From Lytechinus pictus (Eukaryota), in contig NC_087251.1 of NCBI RefSeq assembly GCF_037042905.1, forward strand, positions 48,672,001 through 48,736,000: a DNA stretch of 64,000 bases. Direction: 5' to 3'. Both the position numbers and the translations under genes were made by a program. Below the pieces are notes generated by a model, which saw only the letters and a program-made list of their open reading frames with translations, did no database searches and had not been told where the DNA came from. Shown one piece after another: positions 52,813-64,000 of the stretch. Numbering within the stretch: position 1 is the stretch's first letter; each line of letters opens with the position of its first letter.

Positions 52813-53246
52813 CATTTCTTCTGTGAAAAGCCACGTATTTTGTACATGATTATTCCCTCGGTAGTAGAGATTGCTGCGTACACGATGCAAATACAGATGT
52901 AAGCCGCCACATGGACGTGTGCCAATGCAGCATAGAAGATGAAGAAACTATGGGCCAAAAGAATGACTCGCACCATCACTCCTTGAATCAGGAATCTCTT
53001 CTGAATACTGTCCAGGTCCGTCCAGGAGCAGCTGCAAGCAAAGCAGTTCGATTCGGACGTTGATGCTGTTGACTCGTTATCATGGTTATCATCTATAGAC
53101 ACGATGTCAGTGGGTTCTTCGATGATGGTCAGTCGTGTTGCTTGCTTTCGAAGAATGGATTTCGGCGTTGCCCATCTTGAGGGATTGTTCTCTGGTGTTT
53201 CGTCTCCAACAACAGGTTCAGCATTTCTTATGTTTTCTGTCGTCAT
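52813..53246 (-). CDS. TMEM26: TMEM26-like paralog B, exon 1
   Basis: ATG 53246; VMVRVILLAHSF...EGIIMYKIRGFSQKKW; donor TG|gtaagc, phase 2; four exons total 1608 nt (535 aa). Confidence 0.83.
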
Positions 53247-56200
53247 CTTGATCAATTGTGTTCCGGATATTGAAATCCTTCCATGTACCAAGTTTTTACT
53301 GTATGATTTATCAAGGATTGAAGCTGTTAAAATGAAGTAGGACTATACAAAAAAAAACTGCATTTTAAAAGCAGCAACACAACTCCTGTTTGTTTATTGG
53401 TCATCGATAAATCAATCAAACAATATCCAATAGTCATGTTTAAAATGAACTGAAATGCACTGAATGACCAAGTTCAATACTCGGCCCCGTGCAACGAGGT
53501 GTTTACAAACCTTAAAACTTGTGCAAGAAGTTACGATCGCGTAAAAATACACTAGTCCCGTTATGTTGTCAAATATACAAACAGTGCTCGACCTGACATC
53601 AGATGTATCCCGAACACAATAGATGACCAAATGATTGTTCAATTATCTCGGGAGACTCCTTTCTCGTTGAACCAACGGTGCGTATACTTAAGAAGTGCCT
53701 TCTGAATGCATCATCGATTAAACCCCCAAGATAGACATTGTTCGTGTTTTCTATTTATCTCTCTAAGCATTTATGTGCACTGACAACGATGATTATAATT
53801 CGACACCGAGGGCTCACTCTCCAAAGTGGCTTATACCCACCCGTTCCAAAAACTGCATCTAAACGGCGTAATTAGGCCTATAACCAAATTTGTAACACTA
53901 AATGACGTAACCCAAGTTGCGTGGCAAGGAAATCCACTAACTTGAAAGCCTTAAGTGGCGAGAACAGGGAAATTTCAAAGTCGATACCCTGAATGGAAAT
54001 GAGTATCCTTGTCAAACAAGGTAACCGTATAGCCTGGGTTCTCACAGTACTTTTGGTATAATCGTTGGGAACCCGGTTGTCAAACCCCCTGAACTTCTGT
54101 GACGAACATCGGAGCTATACAAGAACTCTTCAAACTTTACAGGAACACCCCTGAAGTGCTCTGAGATATTTGGCTTCGTTTTACTCTCCGAAAAGTGTCG
54201 AGTCTACTTGAATGATCAATATTTAAGATTCTCGCAATATATACAGTTTCATGTTCATTGTATGAAGTCGTAGAAATAAATGTAATGGGGTAATAACTGA
54301 AGGTGGGTGATCTTCACACCTTATTTGGATTGTCATCTTCCTCTATCGCTCTCGCGTGCGTGATTACGTTCTTATTAAGAAACCATATATGAATAACACT
54401 TCTCCAAGACCGTGTATCTCATAGATATCACTCCTTTAAACTTGTTAAGTAGGGAGTGTAATATCGTCATGTCGAAACCATACATGACGAGGACAAAGAC
54501 TACGTCTGCTTTCGTCGTTTCATAACAAAATTAATATTTCGAACTACTTTTTATCACATGATTTAGAATAATTTGTTCTTGAATAAAAGAGGGGACAAAT
54601 ACCGGACAAATGGCACTCCATAGAAATTTGGGCCTATCAGACTGCTACACATTGTGTTTGGCTTCTTCATTTCACTCTTTTATATAATTTCATACTCCAG
54701 TCTGCAAGATGTAGGACAAATCGCTATCTTAATAGTTTTGTACCTTTTGCGATTAGGGTATCGCCTCTTTTCAATTAATAGTTTATCAAACAACCCACAT
54801 TTTTTCTTATAGAAACTCGTATATCTGACGACTGTTCTGAGTATGTACTTTTCCATGTGCCCCCATATATTACTTCCTCCCCTTCTTCTTCTTCCTCCTC
54901 TTCTTCTCCTTCTTCTTCTTTTTCTTCTTCTTCATCTTCTTCTTATTCTTATTCTCCTTTTCTTTTCTCTTGTTCTCCGTCTTTTACTTCTTCTGCTCTG
55001 GATTAGTCATGTTTGCTGTAATAATTATTCTAAAATGTATAAAGTTTGATGTAACTGGGAAGGAAAACAGTTTCCAGTGATATGCAAGTGTCGCTAGCAT
55101 CTGCAATCATAAGATTGTAAGAGGTCCATGGTGACCATGGACCTCTTCATACTTTACTTTACTTTTACTTTTATTTATTACTAAACTACTATAATAGGTC
55201 CATGGTCATACTTTACTTTACTTTTATTTTTCTACTACTGTAATAGGTCCTTGGTCATAGCTTATTCGTGTATCTTGGGATCAATGCTTGGAAGTCGCTG
55301 GTGAACCTTACTTTGCAATTTCTAATTATTTCAATGCAGTGTGCAATACAGGTAGTGCTATGTCTTGCCCCCTCCCGCTGCCTCCCTTTCTCTCCGGGGT
55401 AATCTCCCCTGTCTGTTCTCTCTGCACTTCTTGCCCCTCCTCTCTTTTTCTCTCTTTTTCTCTCTCTTCACACTGACACATTGTTTCACCTTCTTGTTGC
55501 ATGGGTAGGCGCGGGGGAGGAGATGGTGCCATGTGAGAGTTTTCTTTTCTTTGTTGATATTATGTTTGTATATATATATTTTTGTAATGGTGCACTATTT
55601 CCTTATCATTGCCGTTCATACTGTTTCATGTCTTTCACTCACGTATTTTGAGATGTTGTCATGAAATGTATGTATGTAAATCCCAAAACAAATTTCCTTT
55701 ATGGGCCTGAATAAATTGAATTGAATTGAATTAATAGGTTTGAATATAATAAATAATTTGATTATTTCGTTTTTCTCATGTTTATTTTCAAATTCGTTCA
55801 TTTAATTATACATATCCTTTATTCACTTTAGTTGAATAACAAAGAATCTCAAACGTTGCATAATTTCGATTAAATAGCTGTATACTTGTCGTCAGGAAAG
55901 ATTAAATGACACTTAGAGAAATCCTTGTCATTTGATAGGTTGGTCGATATCCATCATTCAGCCCATTTAACAATGACGTCATCAACCGAGCAATTTTAGT
56001 CATTGAGTCATTACGAATAGATATTAAATTTGCTTTTATTCTAAGAAGGATGATAGCATAGTCACAGATTTGAACATAGGTATTCGTAAGATGATTTCGA
56101 ACATTACACAGTAAGATATTCCAAGTCTCAATATTAGCATCAAATTCTACTACGTATATTCCAAAATTGAGTCGCAGACCAGTCGTAAGGTGTGCGGTTG

Positions 56201-56454
56201 CCTTTACATGTCGATGACTTGATTGATACCTTGGAGAACAAGCGAGTTTGCACGTTTCATATTATATTTTGTATAATAAAAATAAAACCTATGTTAATGG
56301 CAAACATTGATATTGTATTAATACATCAAAACCTCTATCTTAGCCACTTTGGACAGCGACATCTCAGAACTTAAGGACGTCATTCAAAGCCGGCCGTGCC
56401 CAGGGCCGTAGCTAGAGGGGGGGTGTGACACCCCCCCCCCACATTTGTGGCCGT

Positions 56455-58050
56455 CAGTGGCGTAACAGGCGGGGGGCAGGGGGGGCAAGCTGCCCCCCCC
56501 CCCCTGGTGGAGCTCACCGGGAAAATAAATAAAAAACGGGAAAAATAAAAAAAAGGGGGAAGAAAGGGAAAGGGAAAGGAAAGAAAAAAGGGGAAAGGGA
56601 AAGGAAAGGGAAAAGAAAACTAAGAAAAAACATAAAAAAGGGAAAACAGAAAGATAACGGGAAAAGGAAGGAAAAAAGAACAAGTGAGAAAGAACAATTC
56701 GCCCCGATATACAAATACATTAACATGATTAGTAAGACAGGGAAATAAATTAAAGATGACAAAAAGGCAAACAAAAGCGGGAAATAAATGCAGAATGGAA
56801 TAAGCCAAAATCTAAATTGGAAAATAAAGAATAGGGACAAGATAACGTACACTACCGGGCTGCCGAGGATTGAGATAACGAGCGGGAAAAAAAAATGGAT
56901 GGTATATAGCATAATGTCGTATGAAAGTCTATCATAAACTTGCTAAATCTCCAAAGGCTTTGTCCAATTAAGAGTCAAGACCCCGTGCAGTGGGGGCTCT
57001 TCATCTGTAACCTTTAATGGGTTCTATAACGGGCCCCTATATGGACCCTTCCTGCATTAAGCTTTACGTTGAAGCACTGACGTACCGGGGGTGGTTCCAC
57101 AGCCAAGGGGAAATAAAATAAAATAAAGGAGGCAGTGAAATGAGATGAATGAAAAAAAATATATGACATAATATTTGCTATAATGATGTAAAAATCTATC
57201 ACATAATTAGAATTTCATTTTTAACAGGCCATTTTTTTTCTCGCTCGCTTCGCTCGCTGGCGACTTTTTACAAATGTTCACACATTTGCTATGGTGTGCC
57301 CCTCACAATATTTGGATGATTACGATACACAACTGCATTGAATGTATGTGTTGTGTTAAAGCTATATAAATATACACGCAATTTGATTAAAATAAGTGGC
57401 CATCTGTAAGGTTCAAAATGGCTTTGATATCAAGAGGTTCCGGGGCTCTGCCCTGGACCCCACCCATAAAGCACTGTTATATAGATGAGTTTGGACCATG
57501 GCCCCCAAAAATTCTACAACCAAACAAAAAAAAATGAGGAAAGAAAGGAAAGTGTATTATATTTTACTGAATATCACGTTAAAATCTATCTTCATGTTAG
57601 ATTCTCATGAAAAGGTGATTTTTTTTATCTCGCTCGCTTCGCTCGCTCGAGACCTATATTAAGCTACTTCTTGCCAGAAGCGCCATACTCGACTCGGCCC
57701 CCTCGAGCATATAGAGCTTCGCCCTGATGCTCACAATCATAACAAAAATCCTGTTCACCGTGGCGTACAAAAAAAGAGAGAAAAAAGGAAAGAGAGGAGG
57801 GTAAAATATGATATCATCTTTTTAACATTATGTCAAAATCTATCACAAAATTGGATTTTTGCAATGAAAATGTCAAAAAATTTTGCTCGCTCGCTTCGCT
57901 CGCTCACTTATATATATATATATATTTGCCCGATACGCCATATCGCCCCCTCAAAATGTTTGCCTTATGACGCCATTGCCTGTTCCATGATATGACCGGG
58001 AAATGTTTGGCTCTTGCCCACCCTGGCTACCGACCCCTGTTAAGCCGCTG
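56455..58050 (-). mobile_element. Non-autonomous hAT-type element (family of 12094-13662, inverted)
   Basis: Same TIRs; perfect TSD GTGGCCGT (56447-56454, 58051-58058); lies inside another element starting ~56400. Confidence 0.88.
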
Positions 58051-58139
58051 GTGGCCGTCGTCAAATTTATGTACCAGTTGGCAAAATTGAGGATAGAGGA
58101 GAAAAATAAAAAGAAAGAAAGAGAGAGAGAAAATATGAA

Positions 58140-58159
58140 AAATGAAAAGAAAGAAAGAG

Positions 58160-58232
<73 letters not shown>
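58140..58232. repeat. (AAAG)n microsatellite
   Basis: Direct reading. Confidence 0.95.
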
Positions 58233-58234
<2 letters not shown>

Positions 58235-58877
58235 GCCTGATAGAAGTACTACATGTAATTTCGAAGAAGAAGAATGTTCGAAGCTACTGGGCGCTCTGCC
58301 CCATACCCCACGCAGTATGGGCTCTTCATACCTTCAAAGGGCTCTGCAACGCCCCCCGTATTGACCCTTCCTACATTTAACATTTACGTTCAATCACTGG
58401 CCTACAGGGAGGGGGGGTCTTGGTTCCGAGGGGTAAATAAAGAAATTAGGAGGCAACGTTATGAAACGAATGAAAAACAATGAAATATGTTATTTGCTGA
58501 ATGTAATGTAAAAATCAATCAAATAATTAGAATTTCATTTCAAAGGGCGATTTTCTTCGGGCTCGCTTCGCTCGCTGCCGACATTTTAAAGATTTTCCCA
58601 CATTACTATGGTGTGACCCCTCAAAATATTTATTTCATTGAGCAATTGCGTTGAATTAATGTGTTGTGTAAAAGATATATACTGGGAATATATTTTATCT
58701 GCGATTTTATTAAAAATAGTGGCAATCTGTATGGTTTAAAATGACTTTGATATCAAGAGTTTCCGGGCGTTTCGTCAGACGCTCTTACACGATAGCCAAT
58801 TTTCATTATAACCTGTCCGAGGTTGCAAAAATACCAGCACTGTCATGACTGTCTCTCAACGTCTTGTTATATGATAA

Positions 58878-60374
58878 GGCTCCGTTTTACAAAGAGTTGT
58901 GAATTTCCGTACATCGACGGATACGGACCTCTACGACGCAAGTTGATTTTGAATGAGACTTTTGGCCCCGTCGCAAGTTGTGTGACATGAGCAAATTTTA
59001 ACTTTTCGCAGCCACAACGGGAACATTAGATCTGCGGTTCGTGTGCAAAATTTTAGTTACTACTATGGCAACAGCCATCGAGGGCCCCATGGGCGTCCTC
59101 GTAGAGCTCGAGAGCGCCTCTGCAATATGGAAGCAACAGTCAATCAGCGCGCCTGCATGTAGATTGATTCTTATATTCTTACACTCTGTACAGGCAACCA
59201 AAGCCCCCCAAAAAATTATTGATTTTCACCAAAATATAGGTCTATAAAGGATTCAGGTTTTGAAAATGAATAGAATCTGGTGATCATCACCACCTTGGTA
59301 TAATTTCCTAACAATGTAAGAATCCTTTGAAATCTAATCCCCCATTTCGGGGAAAGTAAAGCATAATGCCCATGGGGCATATGCCTTTCACATGCATTGT
59401 AAGCCGAGCGAGATGGCTTGTCGTTTGTGTAAGTAATTCTTTCCCTTAATATGTACTCGAGTTGCTTGAAGAACCACTTTCTTATCCATGCCATAATACA
59501 CCTTGTAGCGCTTCTCTGGACATGTCTAGCCCGGTGGAGTCCGGGGGTGTGGAGTGACGGGCAAGCTGAGCAGTAAAATGGTTATGGTACGGTATCGCAT
59601 GCGTTGATATCTACATAGATCTTAAATCTGGATTTTTCTCTCTTTTATTGTGGCTCCTCCTACACAAACGGCAAGCCATCTCGCACACAATGTGAAGACC
59701 ATACGCTCCATGGGCTTAATGTTTTATATCCCCCCACAATGGGCGATTAGATTTTAAGTTATTCTGACATTGATAGAAATTGTACCGAAGAGGTGTTGAT
59801 TACTAGATTATATTTATTTCCAACAAACTGAATCCATGTTTATAGAACTATATTTTGATGAAAAAAAAATGTTGTTTTATTGGAAAAGTCAAGAATTCAT
59901 TTTCGGTATAGATGTAAGAATATAAAATTATATCTACAGGCGTCCTGGTTGAATGCCTCTTCCATTATACAGAGGCGCTCTCGAGCTCCCATGTGGCTCT
60001 CGACAGTTGCAAAAAAAATCATTTCAAATCGGACAAGTCGCTGTTACCATATGTAGTAGCAACAAGAATTTTGCACACGAACCGCAGATCTAATGTCCGC
60101 GTTGTTGTGGGTGCGAAAAGTTCGGACTGAATCGATCAACCACAACTATGTAAAGCCAGCAACGTCAACATCAAAAGGCACGTTTAATATGTTTTATGGA
60201 TATGAAGTATGCGCAGACATTCATTATTGTCTTGACAATTTGATGTGCCCTTCTTGGGTTAACAAAGGACCTTGCTTATGCAATTCCTTGTATAGAGAAA
60301 ATTATATCAATGATAAATTCCCATATAGTTGAGGCTGATTTGATCAATCACAACTCTTTGTAAAACGGGGCCCA
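58878..60374. mobile_element. Foldback DNA element nested in a palindromic MITE
   Basis: Outer 'ccgttttacaaagagttgtga'/'tcacaactctttgtaaaacgg'; inner inverted arms ~59010-59130 vs ~59955-60110 and ~59215-59430 vs ~59660-59870. Confidence 0.7.
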
Positions 60375-60847
60375 GGTGTACACAGACTTATCGTATTTGC
60401 ACGATAATATCACAATTTCAACGATTGTGTTTTACATTAAAAAAAATAGTTCTACAATTTTTAATGGTCTTTTTACATTTCATCATCAAAGAAATTCAGA
60501 TCACATCCAAAAGAAACACTTGTCTGAAATGGGATACAGGATTGCAAAGATTCCCTGTGATTACTAACTATTTCTTATATATGAATAATTGTGATGTAAT
60601 GTGATAAGACAACCTTATTTGAAAATATTAAGAATTCAGATAAACATATGTATGAAACGTACATTAATCAGTAATAAATTATTTATAATACTTTATAAAT
60701 AATTGAATTGATTTTGACTGGGTAATCATGATTTTATTTTCTTCTATTCTATTTATGCAATACTTGATACAATGTAATTTTAATTAATTTACACTCATGA
60801 CTCCTTTACGTAATTTGATTTGTTATAATGAATATCTTTGTTTGTGT

Positions 60848-61108
60848 AATAATAATAATATGTCCATTTATATATCGCAGTTACTATGTGCATATACTCA
60901 ACTACGCTTTGATACTTGGTATCATATTATTACCCTGGCTGTAGCTGAGTCGCCATATTAATAGGCGCTAAAGCGTTCAAGGAATAAATCCTACCGGGTA
61001 ACCATTCACATCACCTGGGTCGAGTGCGGCACAATGTGGATAAATTTTCTTGCCGAAGGAAATTACGCCAAGGCTGGGATTCGAACCCACGACCCTCTGT
61101 TTCAAAGT
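60848..61108 (-). mobile_element. tRNA-derived SINE with L2-like tail
   Basis: B-box GGTTCGAATCCC on minus; core shared with 5735-5960; tail 'aagcgtagttgag...tgcgatatataaat' plus (ATT)n. Confidence 0.8.
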
Positions 61109-62105
61109 AATATATGTATTGAATGCTTATATATTTTTTCTATCTACTCTTTTTATAATGTTTTTGTATGTTATTATGCTATGTAAACATGCATATTTCA
61201 GCCACTGGCTGCAGATCATGTATTATCAATAAACCATTTATATTCTATATTCTATTTTATTCATTGAATAGTATTTTGAATTATGAAATACAGGTTCTGG
61301 TCATCTGGTAAAAATATATATATATTTTCGGGTTTTTTTAAACAACGACTAACATCAGTACATAGAAACGCAATTAAAATGCATATCCTTTTCCACAATT
61401 ACATAAAAAAGAGAATTTTTAGCAGATCATATTACATGAGTGTTCCAACACTGCATAATGCAACAAGTTTATGTATGGTAGATTTTCACTTTTTAAACGT
61501 CACATGGTTAATTCTGAAGCAAATTTTACAGTACACGATTATATGTCTTACTAATAAAATTTGGGCTATTTCCCATGGATAGAAGCTCTTATCTTATCTT
61601 TGTACAATATAATTTCAGAGGAGAAATACTATGAAAAGTAACCGGGAGAGATAACGTAGGAGAGTCATACGATATGCGATTAACGTAAATAATGCATAAT
61701 GATTCACCCCAAAACAGTATCTTGTAGATAAATAGAATCATTCCTACCAATCTTATTCCAAAACCTGTTTCATATAATACTTTTACAAAATGAAGTTACC
61801 TATTAGCCGTGTTTAGATTTTTTTAAAGACAATTTATTTTCCTCTAAAACAATAAAATCATAAGATTTAAAAGTGGAAATGTGTTTAAAAACATTAATAC
61901 ATCCAACATGTCCAAAAGCGGTTCTCGTCACTGCATACAATTAGTACACATGTGGACACACCTAGCACCATCAAAACTTAAAGCTGATTGAACCCGTATA
62001 TAAAACATAGTCTTTACAACGCTCTCAATTAGTAAAATATCAACGTTGATATAATTTTCAATATCACAGACATGATCTGTCGATAAAGCAGATTGAGCTC
62101 TTCTC

Positions 62106-63044
62106 TCAAAGTTCATCGTTTTGCAATGATTCATCATCTTCACAAATTTCAAGGGCCACTTCTTGGAATCCAGATACTGCTGAAACACCAGACTGAGCTC
62201 CCTCTTGTCCTTGGGGAACCTCACTGCTTCTGGTTTCTTCTTCAACCTGGAAAGCGTCCTCGCCTTGGTCTGTGGCGCCATCGTCAGTGTTATCACTTCC
62301 TGCTCGTGAGATAGTGACCACGACGCTTTCGGTGTTGGTTTCCCCTTCGCCCGTGAAGCCTCCATTTTGAAGACTTTTTGCATTGACAACCGGATGTGAA
62401 TTCCCGGCCGGCAGCGTCGAATGGCGCTTTACAGAGAGGCCTTTGCGTCTCCTACGGAAACCTTGGTGCACCTTCACACTGACGCGGTACGACTGCAGCG
62501 CGACAATTAGTCCGTTTTTCGCGGCGAAGAAGATGAGTGTCTCCCCTACGTATCCTGTCGAGAACATGATGTAAAGGCGGAGGATCAAGTACGGGCCGTC
62601 CTGCATGAAGATACTCACCATCAGAGACCATATCTCGCTTTCGCAATAGCAGCAGCAGGAAGCTTTACAGTTGAATCCATTAGGTTTGCTCCCTTGGACT
62701 GCGGTTGAATCGTCGGAAGAGTCACGTGATTCGATTGGACCGGCGATGCGAGGTTTTCGCTGCTTCACCGCCGTTAACCCCAGGGGAATCTGTAGGAGGC
62801 TCCAGCACCAGACAGCGATGATGAATCCAACGTAGATTTTATCACACGCCACAGCCTCGATACTCAGACTGTCCGTTGCAAATTCCAGCATATCTAGAGA
62901 CATTGCTGTCAGAGCCAATAGCAGGCTGGAGAACTGATCATGTGATAGCTTGCCTTTGGGTGCCATCCAGCGACCGAAGATGATGACTAACATCATGATT
63001 TGCTGGAAGATGGAGGAATAGCGCCGACTCAAATCATGTGTTGC
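62106..63044 (-). CDS. TMEM26: TMEM26-like paralog C, last exon (upstream exons not found in window)
   Basis: GRWMAPKGKLSHDQFSSLLLALTAMSLDMLEF; QDGPYLILRL...FFAAKNGLIVALQSYRV; acceptor AG 63045-63046, phase 0. Confidence 0.92.
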   Translation of the reverse strand, partial: ATHDLSRRYSSIFQQIMMLVIIFGRWMAPKGKLSHDQFSSLLLALTAMSLDMLEFATDSLSIEAVACDKIYVGFIIAVWCWSLLQIPLGLTAVKQRKPRIAGPIESRDSSDDSTAVQGSKPNGFNCKASCCCYCESEIWSLMVSIFMQDGPYLILRLYIMFSTGYVGETLIFFAAKNGLIVALQSYRVSVKVHQGFRRRRKGLSVKRHSTLPAGNSHPVVNAKSLQNGGFTGEGETNTESVVVTISRAGSDNTDDGATDQGEDAFQVEEETRSSEVPQGQEGAQSGVSAVSGFQEVALEICEDDESLQNDEL

Positions 63045-63671
63045 CTGCAAGTGAAGCAACATTGGAAATACTGAATTATTAGTTTGTTCATTTATAAATC
63101 CGTTGATACTATTTTTACATGGACAATAGAGATCATTTCTTTCTACTACGTGATGAATGTAACATCTTTCGGGTTCATCCCATGATGTGATCGGTTTAAG
63201 AAAATTTCAGTAATGACGAATGGAAATGACTGAAACAGAAAATCGATCAAGAAATACTCGTGTTTGTAGGCATATGCCCATATTTCATTGCAGTGTAACC
63301 TAAATTCATTTTTTTTCTCCATGTAGTATTTTGAATAAGACTGCACTGTCCCAATTTGTGTGGAAGCTAAAAGTACTATCAGACATGGTAAAATCAAAGA
63401 TACTACAAGGGGAAGATCGGAATGTACAAATAACGCGTAATGAAACGCTCGGGAAGAGCGCCCCACAGCGTTGAGTAAGTAACGACCTTTTTTACCTTTG
63501 CGTATCGCGAGATGGTTGTATACAAAACATATGAGAGAAATGGTGAAGGGTTGAAGGAATAGACAATTTTTACATTTTAATTTTCTTTTATTCATTTTTT
63601 TTTCTTAAATTAAAGATGAATATATTTCAGAGGTTTCTTTGTATTCCCATGTACCACCCTTGAGCCCTCTC

Positions 63672-64000
63672 CAGCGGCGTAACAGGGGTCGGTGGCCAGG
63701 GGGGGCAAGATCCAAAAATTTCCCGGTCATATCATGGTATGAACAGGCGTAATGGTGTAATGAGGCGACACATTGAGAAGGCCAGATATTGCGTATCGGG
63801 CTGAATTTATCTTTAAAAAAAAGTTGCAAGCGAGCGAAGCGAGCTAGCAAAAATTTTGAACTTTTTAATTAAAAAATTAAAATGTTGTGCTAGATTTTTG
63901 ACATGATATCCAAAAAATAATATATTTCACTCTTCTCTCTTATGATTCCTTTTTTGTGGTCTGTACGCCACTGTGAACAGGATTCTTTGCGGCAGTAGCG
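63672..64000 (+). mobile_element. Third copy of the hAT-type element (cut by window end)
   Basis: Matches 12094 onward: 'cagcggcgtaacaggggtcggtggccagggggg'. Confidence 0.85.

Noticed and set aside
61928..62389. 153-aa ORF overlapping the TMEM26-C tail
   Set aside because: Alternative frame of a GC-richer exon running into the 3' UTR; no recognisable motif.
63146..63595. 149-aa ORF as TMEM26-C exon 2
   Set aside because: No resemblance to exon 2 of A or B and no convincing phase-compatible splice sites.

Overview
AT-rich, intron-containing, repeat-dense animal DNA; the repeat landscape suggests an invertebrate deuterostome such as a sea urchin (inference only). Four protein-coding genes, all on the minus strand: a GT29 alpha-2,8-sialyltransferase-like gene (~3.3-11.8 kb) and a tandem array of three diverged TMEM26-like genes (A: 25221-36137, 3 exons, ~455 aa; B: 48296-53246, 4 exons, ~535 aa; C: last exon 62106-63044, remainder not found in the window). 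The rest is mostly transposons: a near full-length RTE LINE, L2/CR1-group and Tx1-like LINE fragments, SINEs, and many non-autonomous DNA elements with readable TIRs and TSDs (Tc1/mariner, hAT, Kolobok-like, Academ-like, foldback), several nested. The most unusual signal is a ~406-bp repeat in tandem and inverted arrays, tied to (TA)n at one of its two loci. It carries an internal, fully pairing 72-nt tRNA cloverleaf with a UCA (opal-reading) anticodon followed directly by a Pol III terminator.
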